Shown here piece by piece: positions 1 through 7,748 of a DNA stretch of 64,000 bases. Position 1 is the stretch's first letter. Each line of letters begins with the position of its first letter. The notes under the pieces are model-generated. The model saw nothing but the letters and a program-made list of their open reading frames with translations. It searched no databases and had not been told where the DNA came from. Origin of the DNA: a bacterium (GTDB taxonomy: Bacteria > Patescibacteriota > Dojkabacteria > SC72 > WJKH01); the NCBI GenBank assembly GCA_029547225.1, contig JAKPPS010000024.1, positions 893 to 64,892 of the forward strand, read 5' to 3'. The position numbers were made by a program, and so were the translations under genes.

Positions 1-362
1 ATAATCCTTTGATTATTTATCATCGATGGTATATATTTATGCATTTGATCAACTGGTGTACTTTCTAGCAATGGATAGGTGATTCTCTCTAAAATAACAA
101 TGGATTTTCCTTCATAATCGAAGTTACCAAGCAACTGTGGTACTGGGATATTAATCTTATTACTCGCAAGCAGTTGATATGCTCTAACATCCGTCATTGC
201 TCCATCACTTGCTTTTATTACATATTCTTTATCTTTATTATCAACAATGAAAAATACCTCACTATCCATTCCTTGTGGTGGAGTCTGTACCTTTTTAATT
301 TTTACTTTTAAAAATGTTTCGACAGCATTAATAAAATTTTTGTTATCTGCATATTTTGACAT
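1..362 (-). CDS. partial kinase-like (APH/choline-kinase fold) protein; only the N-terminal ~120 aa lie in the window
   Basis: Absent from the ORF track because it runs off the left edge. My hand translation from the ATG at 362 is open down to position 1 (MSKYADNKNFINAVETFLKV...NKDKEYVIKASDGAMTDVRAYQLL...). The YVIKAS lysine strand resembles the N-lobe of the 61438..62517 protein. Confidence 0.4.
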   Translation of the reverse strand, partial: MSKYADNKNFINAVETFLKVKIKKVQTPPQGMDSEVFFIVDNKDKEYVIKASDGAMTDVRAYQLLASNKINIPVPQLLGNFDYEGKSIVILERITYPLLESTPVDQMHKYIPSMINNQRI

Positions 363-441
363 TGAAGATCTTTTTTATAATTATACGAGCATATTATATT
401 ATCTTTTTTAGAGATTCGCTATTCCAAATATAAATAATATT

Positions 442-1188
442 CTAATCATGACCTCCATCCGCAGTAATCACTGTTCCATTGATATAGCTTGATTTGGGTG
501 AGGCTAAAAATAAGCAAAGATTTGCAATCTCAATAGGTTCTGCAAATCTTTCCGCGTAAATATTTTTCGTTTCATGTCTAAGAAATTCCTCTGGAAGACC
601 TTTATTTATATCTGTATTTACCCAACCAGGAGCTATGCAATTTACTCTAACATTCGGAGAAATAGCTTTGGCAAAGTTTTTTGTTAATGTTATAACACCA
701 GCTTTTGATGCATCATAATCTGCGATATCAGGAGAAAAACTATAAATAGCACTTGTTGAAGAGATGTTAATAATGTTGCCTGATTTCTGTTTTAGCATGT
801 ATTGTGAAGCTTCTTTGGAACATATAAATACTCCAAGAAGATTTGTATTTAATGTTTTATTCCAATCAGTGACTTTCTTTTCTAATATATTTGAATCTTT
901 TGCAATACCTGCGTTGTTAATTAGGACATCTATTCGACCAAATTTTGCATAGATCTGTTTCATCATAATTTTTACTTGTTTCTCTTTTGATACATCACAT
1001 TTGAATACAATAGACTTATCACTATAGACTTTAACCTTACTAAGAACTTCTTGAGCTTTTTTCTCTGAGGAATTGTAATTGATAATCACAATTGCTTTTT
1101 CTTTTGCAAATGCAATAGAAGTAGCTTCTCCAATTCCTCCGCTACCACCAGTTATTATTACAATTTTATTTTTTAAGTCTAACTTCAT
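442..1188 (-). CDS. short-chain dehydrogenase/reductase (FabG-like SDR)
   Basis: N-terminal TGGSGGIGEA Rossmann motif, NNAG, and the catalytic S...YDASKAG (YxxxK) motif; 248 aa. Confidence 0.85.
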   Translation of the reverse strand: MKLDLKNKIVIITGGSGGIGEATSIAFAKEKAIVIINYNSSEKKAQEVLSKVKVYSDKSIVFKCDVSKEKQVKIMMKQIYAKFGRIDVLINNAGIAKDSNILEKKVTDWNKTLNTNLLGVFICSKEASQYMLKQKSGNIINISSTSAIYSFSPDIADYDASKAGVITLTKNFAKAISPNVRVNCIAPGWVNTDINKGLPEEFLRHETKNIYAERFAEPIEIANLCLFLASPKSSYINGTVITADGGHD

Positions 1189-1883
1189 TAAATGTTATTT
1201 AAAAGATGATTTATTATGTCATAGGAATTCTTTGCTACAACTGGTAATAGACTTGTAAAATTCACTTTTGCAGAATTATCAGCTTTGTCTGAGATAGTTC
1301 TCACTATAAGGAATGGAGTATTATTAATTGTACATACTTGTCCTACAGAAGCACCTTCCATCTCGATAATATCGCCTTTTAACTTTATAAAATTGTCATT
1401 ATGTTTTTTAAAGTTTTTATCTGTAATGAACATGTCACCAGTTAAAACGGTACCTTTTTTGATGGTATCTTTGTTTTGTGTCTTCAATGCTAATTCTACG
1501 AGGTTTTTATCTGATTCAAAATAACGGTAAGTTGTATATGGAATGGATCCAATTTCGAAACCAAGCTCAGTTACATCTAAATCGTATTGGACACATTTTT
1601 CTGCTATGACAATATCACCTATATTTATGTTGGGATTAATTGAACCTGCAACACCTGTAAATATTACAATATCAGGGGAAAAATGATCAATTAAATGTTG
1701 TGTTATCATCGCCGAAAAGACCTTTCCCACACCTGTTTTCGTCAATACAATCTGTATGTCTTTATGTTTCTTTGTGAAATAAGTTGTATGTCCAATACTC
1801 GTTTTATCGGTAATATCAAGACGAGATTTAATTTCCTCAATCTCTTCATTCAAAGCACCAATTATTCCAATTGTTTTTTTCAT
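1188..1883 (-). CDS. mtnN: 5'-methylthioadenosine/S-adenosylhomocysteine nucleosidase
   Basis: IGIIGALNEEIE, TKTGVGKV, FTGVAGS, EMEGASVGQVC and VRTISDKAD align along the whole length with the Pfs/MtnN family as I recall it. Confidence 0.85.
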   Translation of the reverse strand: MKKTIGIIGALNEEIEEIKSRLDITDKTSIGHTTYFTKKHKDIQIVLTKTGVGKVFSAMITQHLIDHFSPDIVIFTGVAGSINPNINIGDIVIAEKCVQYDLDVTELGFEIGSIPYTTYRYFESDKNLVELALKTQNKDTIKKGTVLTGDMFITDKNFKKHNDNFIKLKGDIIEMEGASVGQVCTINNTPFLIVRTISDKADNSAKVNFTSLLPVVAKNSYDIINHLLNNI

Positions 1884-1952
1884 ACAAGGCTTAAAATAAG
1901 CTATTAAATCACTGATTATAGCTCATAATGCACTTTTAATGAAGTTATGCTC

Positions 1953-2308
1953 TTATTTATCTTTTCTTGCTGATCTATATGAGTAGTGCTGTGTTTTCCA
2001 ATCTGAGCCAACTGGATATTTTGCTTCCAATTTTTGCAATTTATCTGAAAAGGCTTTCTCGACGTCAATACCTGATTTCTCAGCTAATCTTAGAAGATAG
2101 AATAAAACATCAACTATTTCATTACCAATCTCTTTTTATCCTCTCCTGAATAATCTTTGAATTTGCTTGTCCATTGATAATGTTCTGCTAATTCACCCAA
2201 TTCTATTAAAATTGAGCTTATTAACTGATTAGGATCATCATTTTTCCAGTCTCTTGTTGAGCAGAAATTTTCAACATCCTTAACTAATTGGTTTACTGTC
2301 TTACTCAT
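1953..2308 (-). pseudogene. MazG-like nucleoside triphosphate pyrophosphohydrolase interrupted by a 1-nt frameshift
   Basis: ORF 2114..2308 encodes the first half (ELGELAEH, an EXXE motif) and ends at a TAG. The adjacent frame from 2135 down to the stop at 1953..1955 encodes KEIGNEIVDVLFYLLRLAEKSGIDVEKAFSDKLQKLEAKYP, the second MazG helix pair. The junction lies in an A5 run (GATAAAAAGAG on the minus strand). Confidence 0.75.
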
Positions 2309-2325
2309 TGTAGAAAAGTAATAGA

Positions 2326-2463
2326 TTATTTCCGAAAAATTATTTTATTAATGATAGCAATTAGCATATATATTGGCAAAAAGAATAGAATCCCAATACA
2401 ACCAAAGTTAGAAAATCCACTATTTCTGTAGACTTTTTTACCTTTTCCATGTTTAAAATACAT
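2326..2463 (-). CDS. possible small membrane protein (45 aa)
   Basis: Hand-translated ORF MYFKHGKGKKVYRNSGFSNFGCIGILFFLPIYMLIAIINKIIFRK, below the ORF-track length cutoff. It has one hydrophobic helix and lies 17 nt upstream of the MazG-like gene on the same strand. No homology evidence. Confidence 0.2.
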   Translation of the reverse strand: MYFKHGKGKKVYRNSGFSNFGCIGILFFLPIYMLIAIINKIIFRK

Positions 2464-2842
2464 TAATTAATAGATAAAAATTTAGATATTGAAGAAAGTT
2501 CAGGAACTGATAGAATAATAGTGGGATTGGAGATGAAAAATGTTCGAACTTTATCCCGTATCCCGCTTTTTTCCGAACGAAGAGAGTAATTACATGCTGC
2601 GATTCCGATAAACGTTGATCACCGGCTCAGATCTTAAAGGTAAAATATCAATTATCATGAAACATAGTATTTACGAAAGAATACATTTCTTAATGTTTGT
2701 TTTTAGTTGCTAGTAAAATTCTTATCACATATTAACTCTCATGAAAGGATCATATTTTTAATAATATTCTGAAATAACCCATCGCCATGACATTTTCATG
2801 CTGTGAATTTTATTACCAATTATTAATATAAAGTGATAAACT

Positions 2843-3649
2843 TTGAAAATGAGAGAAATTGGAATTGTAAGAAAGTATGGAAAAGCACCTTATCGTATAG
2901 TGCTGGTTCATGGTGGACCAGGTGCTCCTGGTGAATTAAAGCCTGTTGCATTAGAACTTTCAAGATGGTATGGAACTGTGGAATCTTTTCAAAGTAAGAA
3001 TACTATAGATGAACAGGTAGAAGAGCTTAAATATCAAATAGAAAGCGAATCAGATTTACCTGTTATTCTAATAGGTTGGTCTTGGGGGAGCTGGCTATCA
3101 TATATTTTTACAGCGAAATATCCATCATTAATTAAAAAACTAATACTAATTTCTTCAGGCCCTTTTAAGGCTTCATATGTTCCTGAAATAAAAAAAAGAA
3201 GATTATCTCACTTAACGTATAAGGAAAGAAAACGAATTGATGAATTAGAGCAACTTTTTAATCAACATAATTTGATAAACAAGGACGTCCTTTTTAAGGA
3301 ATATGGTTTCCTTTGTAAGAAGGCAGATACTTTTTCAAGTAATGAAGAAGAGTCACTTGTAGATAAGATTTCTCCTCAAATGAATATATATAATGGGGTT
3401 TGGCCCGAAGCCGCAAAATTACGTAAGACGGGTGAATTAATTATGCTTGGATGCAAAATTGATTGTGAGGTTGTTGCCATGCAAGGGGTTTATGACTCAC
3501 ACCCTTCAGATGGTGTAAAAATACCTTTAGCAAGGATTTTGAAAAATTTTAGATTCATTGAGATCTCGAAGTGCGGTCATTATCCTTGGTATGAGAAGTA
3601 TGCTAAGAAACAATTTTATGAGTTGCTAAAAAACGAATTAGTTGTTTAA
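2843..3649 (+). CDS. alpha/beta-fold hydrolase
   Basis: LVHGGPGAPG oxyanion region, GWSWGS nucleophile elbow (GxSxG) and a C-terminal CGHYPW histidine. The start is TTG at 2843 or ATG at 2849. Confidence 0.7.
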   Translation: MKMREIGIVRKYGKAPYRIVLVHGGPGAPGELKPVALELSRWYGTVESFQSKNTIDEQVEELKYQIESESDLPVILIGWSWGSWLSYIFTAKYPSLIKKLILISSGPFKASYVPEIKKRRLSHLTYKERKRIDELEQLFNQHNLINKDVLFKEYGFLCKKADTFSSNEEESLVDKISPQMNIYNGVWPEAAKLRKTGELIMLGCKIDCEVVAMQGVYDSHPSDGVKIPLARILKNFRFIEISKCGHYPWYEKYAKKQFYELLKNELVV

Positions 3650-3837
3650 TATAAAAACTATATTAAGAATTGAAAGGTATACACAATCGGAGTTAAAAGT
3701 GAGATAGGACAAGGAAGTGAACTTACGTTTTCTGTGCTTATCGCAATTTGCGCAACTGCGGAAGATTATAGAGGTTTTTTGCATGGGGATCAGTTTATAA
3801 AGTATGAAGGAATTTCTATTTAGCTAATATGGTATGA

Positions 3838-4773
3838 TTGAATATGGCAGAATGGTTAGATGAAATAAGAAATCAAAATACTTCTGAGAAGGATGGTACC
3901 TCTGAAGAAAAGAATGGGACTCTTCATATAAAACTTACTAAAACCCAAAACTTTTCCCCATTGAATCAATCTGGTAAAAGACAAACAGAAAAACAGTCGA
4001 GTAGAATCTGGATTTGGATCAAAAGTAGATTAAGTCAAACGTTTAGGTTTTTGAAGCTACGAGATGTATTGATCGTTGTTGGTTTGGCAATATTCGTATT
4101 CCTTGTTGATTATCTTGGATTTATTAATATTAAGTCCATAGATGTTACTGGAACAAAAAATGTTCCTTTGGATCAAGTATATGCATTGGCAAACAAATTA
4201 GATGGACAAAACTTTTTCTTTGCAGATATATTTACAGTAAAGGATGAAATATCAAAAAATAACAATTTTGTTGATAAAGTGTATGTTACAAAAATATTTC
4301 CTGATTCAATAAAAATTGAGATTAGCGAAAAAAATCCTGATTTTTTAGTATGTGATCTTGAGCTAAATAAGTACGGACTTGTAGATCCCCACGGATACAT
4401 AATTTTAACAGGAGAGAATTCGTCTGAATGCGAAAGTATTTCACTTCAGTACAATGCTCTACTTGTACAAATCCCTATATCAAGCGGAAATTTCGAAGCT
4501 GGAGACACATATGATCCCTATATTATAAGCCAAATTGACGCAATACAGAAATATTTTCTTAATTTAAATATTGAAACTTCTTTGATTTCGGTTCATAATG
4601 ATTATTGTGAAGTAGAATTCCAAGGTAGTAGGCTAGCTCTTTTTTCTATAGATCAACCGATAAATGAACAATTGTATCGATTTGAAGCTGTTTACAATTA
4701 CGCGATACAAGAAATGATTGATTTTGAGGGGCTGGATCTGAGATATAATAAGCCCATTCTATTTGACATTTAA
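3838..4773 (+). CDS. ftsQ: cell division protein FtsQ/DivIB-like (TM anchor plus POTRA)
   Basis: One TM helix (VLIVVGLAIFVFLV) followed by a POTRA-like segment (IKSIDVTGTKNVPLDQVYALA...VYVTKIFPDSIKIEISEK). It lies directly upstream of ftsA-ftsZ. An alternative ATG start is at 3844. Confidence 0.7.
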   Translation: MNMAEWLDEIRNQNTSEKDGTSEEKNGTLHIKLTKTQNFSPLNQSGKRQTEKQSSRIWIWIKSRLSQTFRFLKLRDVLIVVGLAIFVFLVDYLGFINIKSIDVTGTKNVPLDQVYALANKLDGQNFFFADIFTVKDEISKNNNFVDKVYVTKIFPDSIKIEISEKNPDFLVCDLELNKYGLVDPHGYIILTGENSSECESISLQYNALLVQIPISSGNFEAGDTYDPYIISQIDAIQKYFLNLNIETSLISVHNDYCEVEFQGSRLALFSIDQPINEQLYRFEAVYNYAIQEMIDFEGLDLRYNKPILFDI

Positions 4774-4776
4774 TTA

Positions 4777-6108
4777 ATGTTTATATATATTAAAACTATG
4801 GCAAGAAGGATCATCACAGCAATTGATGTCGGGTCCTCCAAAGTCACTACAGTAATAGCTGCAGTTGAGGAAAATGAAACACGGCCCACAGTCATAGGAG
4901 TGTATACACACTCTGGTACAGGTATCAAAAAAGGTGTTATTGTTAACATCGAAGAAGCAACCAATTCGATTGGTGAAAGTATTACAGCTGCAGAACGGAT
5001 GGCTGGAGTTACAGTTTCTGATGTTTATGTCACAATTAATGGTGAACAGATAACTAGTATAAATAATAAAGGTGTTGTAGCCGTTTCAGCTGGTAATGAA
5101 ATCACGATGGAGGACACTTATCGCGCTATCGAAAATGCTAAAACACTCACATTACCCCAAAATATCAGTCCCGTTCATATTATCCCACGTGAATTTGTTG
5201 TAGATAATCAGGGCGGTATAAAATATCCAATTGGTATGACAGGTATGCGTTTAGAAGTGGAAACTCATATTATCACTGCTCCTATGTCATCATTACAGAA
5301 CCTCATTAAATGTGTTCAACAAATTGCACTTGAAGTAAATGATGTCGTATTTACTGGTTGGGCTTCATCACTTGCAGTACTTACTGATACTGAAAAAGAT
5401 CTTGGTGTTGCTATGTTAGATATCGGTGCTGGTACAACAACGATTACCATTTTTCAAGATGGCGCCATTTCATATAGTGGTTGTATTCCTCTTGGTGGTA
5501 GTAGCATTACAAGTGATATCGCTATTGGTTTACAATTGACTCTTGAAGATGCCGAAAAGGTCAAATTAAACATGCATAAGATACTTGATGATAAAGTTGG
5601 AGCTGTAGAAGTTGATGAAAACATTCCTTCGTTGCTTCGAGCTAAGGAAGGTGAAGATAAAGAGAAGAAGAAAAAGAATCCAGATAATGTTGATGTAAGC
5701 GCTCTAGGTATCACAAGTAAAACTGAAATTTCTAAAACCTTACTACGACAAATTGTTGAAGCAAGGTTACAAGAGATTTTTGATCTAGCTAAGAATGTTG
5801 TTTCAAGAGGTGGATTTGATTTAGCAATGCCTGCTGGTATTGTATTGACTGGTGGTACTGCTCAACTTCATGATATCTCAAAAGTTGCTCAAGAGTCCTT
5901 CAATGTTCCTGTAAGAGTTGGTTATCCTTCAGGTTTGACGGGTATGGTTGAGGAGATTTCAAGCCCAGCAAATTCTGCAGTACAGGGTCTTATCAAGTAT
6001 GCTTTAGAAGATGATTTTGATGGTGGTTCTCAGACAAAGAGAAGTTTATCAAATAGTGGAAATGTTATCTCAAAAGTTGTAAACTGGGTAAAATCATTAC
6101 TTCCATAA
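4777..6108 (+). CDS. ftsA: cell division protein FtsA
   Basis: Actin-fold motifs AIDVGSSKV, LDIGAGTTTI and LTGGTAQL, positioned between ftsQ and ftsZ. The likely true start is the ATG at 4798 (MARRIITAIDVG). Confidence 0.9.
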   Translation: MFIYIKTMARRIITAIDVGSSKVTTVIAAVEENETRPTVIGVYTHSGTGIKKGVIVNIEEATNSIGESITAAERMAGVTVSDVYVTINGEQITSINNKGVVAVSAGNEITMEDTYRAIENAKTLTLPQNISPVHIIPREFVVDNQGGIKYPIGMTGMRLEVETHIITAPMSSLQNLIKCVQQIALEVNDVVFTGWASSLAVLTDTEKDLGVAMLDIGAGTTTITIFQDGAISYSGCIPLGGSSITSDIAIGLQLTLEDAEKVKLNMHKILDDKVGAVEVDENIPSLLRAKEGEDKEKKKKNPDNVDVSALGITSKTEISKTLLRQIVEARLQEIFDLAKNVVSRGGFDLAMPAGIVLTGGTAQLHDISKVAQESFNVPVRVGYPSGLTGMVEEISSPANSAVQGLIKYALEDDFDGGSQTKRSLSNSGNVISKVVNWVKSLLP

Positions 6109-6135
6109 AATGTTAATTTATTTGTAATAAATGTT

Positions 6136-7299
6136 ATGTTAATCACTCCAACAGTTGATCCGGTAGCTAAAATTAAAGTAGTAGGTGTAGGTGGCGCAGG
6201 TGGCAACACGATAAATAAACTTGTCACAGAATTTGGTATTTCTGGTGTTGATCTTTTAGCCTTTAATACGGATGCTCAAGTCCTGAAGGCTTCTCAAGCT
6301 CATGTTACCCTACAATTAGGTAGTGAATTAACTCGAGGTCTTGGTGCTGGTGGTGATCATCTTTTAGGCGCTCAAGCTGCCGAGGAGAGTTTAGATGAAA
6401 TCCATGAGCATCTTGCCGGTTCTGATATGGTGTTTATCACAGCAGGTATGGGTGGTGGTACTGGAACAGGTGCTGCGCCAGTAGTTGCTGGTGTAGCGAA
6501 AAATCTTGGAGCATTGACAATTGCAGTTGTGACAAAACCATTCAATTTCGAAGGAAAGAAAAGAATGCAGGTAGCGGAAGAAGGCATTGAAGCTTTGAGA
6601 GATAAAGTTGATACACTTATTGTTGTTCCTAACCAAAGATTACTTGATCTTATCGATGAACCAATTTCATTTCTTGACGCAATGAAAAAAGTTGATAGTG
6701 TCTTGGCGGAAGGTGTTAAGAGTATAGCAACTTTAGTTACTCAAGCAGGATTTATTAATGTTGATTTTGCTGATGTAAAAACAATAATGACAAATGCGGG
6801 TACTGCTCTTATGGGTCTTGGTCGAGCCAAGGGTGAGAATAGAGCTGAAGAAGCTGCTCGTATAGCTACAAATAATCCTTTGCTTGATCTTTCAATCGAA
6901 GGTGCTACTGGAGTGCTATTTAGCATTACAGGTGGAGCAGACTTGTCTATGAAAGAGATTAATACAGCTGCAGAAATGATTGAAAACGCAGTAGATCCAA
7001 ATGCAAATATTATCTTTGGTGCTTCTATTGATGAATCAATGAATGATGAGGTATCAATTACTATTATTGCGACTGGTTTTGATTCTTCAAAGCAGGTTTT
7101 GACAAACAAAGCTCGGATGCAAAAACAGGTTGATACAAAACTTACAGGCAATGTTAATCCAGCTCAAACAACTAGCAATGATTTCGTAGACAGGTTTACG
7201 GTTACGGATGATACTCCGGCAGCATCAACCGCTTCAACTTCCTTACAGGACGATGAGGACGAGTTAGAAGTTCCGGCTTTCCTACGCAGAAAGAATTAA
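6136..7299 (+). CDS. ftsZ: cell division GTPase FtsZ
   Basis: GVGGAGGN, the tubulin signature GGGTGTGAAPV, NTDAQ, and the C-terminal FtsA-binding peptide LEVPAFLRRK. Confidence 0.97.
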   Translation: MLITPTVDPVAKIKVVGVGGAGGNTINKLVTEFGISGVDLLAFNTDAQVLKASQAHVTLQLGSELTRGLGAGGDHLLGAQAAEESLDEIHEHLAGSDMVFITAGMGGGTGTGAAPVVAGVAKNLGALTIAVVTKPFNFEGKKRMQVAEEGIEALRDKVDTLIVVPNQRLLDLIDEPISFLDAMKKVDSVLAEGVKSIATLVTQAGFINVDFADVKTIMTNAGTALMGLGRAKGENRAEEAARIATNNPLLDLSIEGATGVLFSITGGADLSMKEINTAAEMIENAVDPNANIIFGASIDESMNDEVSITIIATGFDSSKQVLTNKARMQKQVDTKLTGNVNPAQTTSNDFVDRFTVTDDTPAASTASTSLQDDEDELEVPAFLRRKN

Positions 7300-7394
7300 T
7301 AATTGTTTCTATATTTATTGTCACTTATTGAGAAATAAATAACTCCTTTTTCTAATAAATTGATTCCATATGATTAATTTGTTATAATAAGAAT

Positions 7395-7640
7395 ATGGAT
7401 TGGAAAAAGTTTTTTAGTAACAATTGGCCTTTGCTATTAGGAGTCATATATTTATTCTTCCCGATTGATGTAATCCCAGATTCGATCCCCTTGGTGGGGA
7501 TAACTGATGATTCATTACTATTTTTAGTGCAATTGATCAATGTTTTTATTCAATATAGGAAGCAGGGTAACCTCAAGACCTATGTTGAGCCACAAAATGA
7601 TGTTGCAAAACTTGAGAACAAAGATACGGATAAAGAATAG
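7395..7640 (+). CDS. DUF1232 (YkvA-like) small membrane protein
   Basis: FPIDVIPDSIPLVGITDD matches the DUF1232 signature as I recall it; 81 aa. Confidence 0.55.
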   Translation: MDWKKFFSNNWPLLLGVIYLFFPIDVIPDSIPLVGITDDSLLFLVQLINVFIQYRKQGNLKTYVEPQNDVAKLENKDTDKE

Positions 7641-7748
7641 AACTTAAGCGAATTTTTGTGGACAAATTTCTACATTTTATTGATACATTCTCACTATAAT
7701 GGTATTATTCAGCATATAATTGCTTAATTAATTTTTCACGATTTTCAA

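Noticed and set aside
241-303. An alternative frame within the partial kinase-like gene encodes IKKVQTPPQGMDSEVFFIVD. This looks more like a kinase Gly-loop/beta-strand than the main frame does, which hints at two compensating frameshifts.
   Set aside because: The main frame is open across the whole 362 nt, and the alternative frame is closed by stops on both sides. The similarity argument is subjective, and the gene is truncated by the window edge, so this is not reported as a finding.
2114-2140. Programmed -1 ribosomal frameshift as the explanation for the split MazG-like gene.
   Set aside because: The junction is only an A5 run with no X XXY YYZ slippery heptamer, and I see no obvious downstream stimulatory structure. 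A homopolymer indel, whether real or a sequencing artefact, is the simpler explanation.
6741-7151. Long antisense ORFs inside confidently called genes. This one is 136 aa, antisense to ftsZ. Others are at 15233..15691 (antisense to parB), 23960..24499 (antisense to the SPFH gene) and 35194..35802.
   Set aside because: Each lies fully within a gene that has strong family motifs on the opposite strand. Their translations are Ser/Leu/Phe-rich shadow frames.
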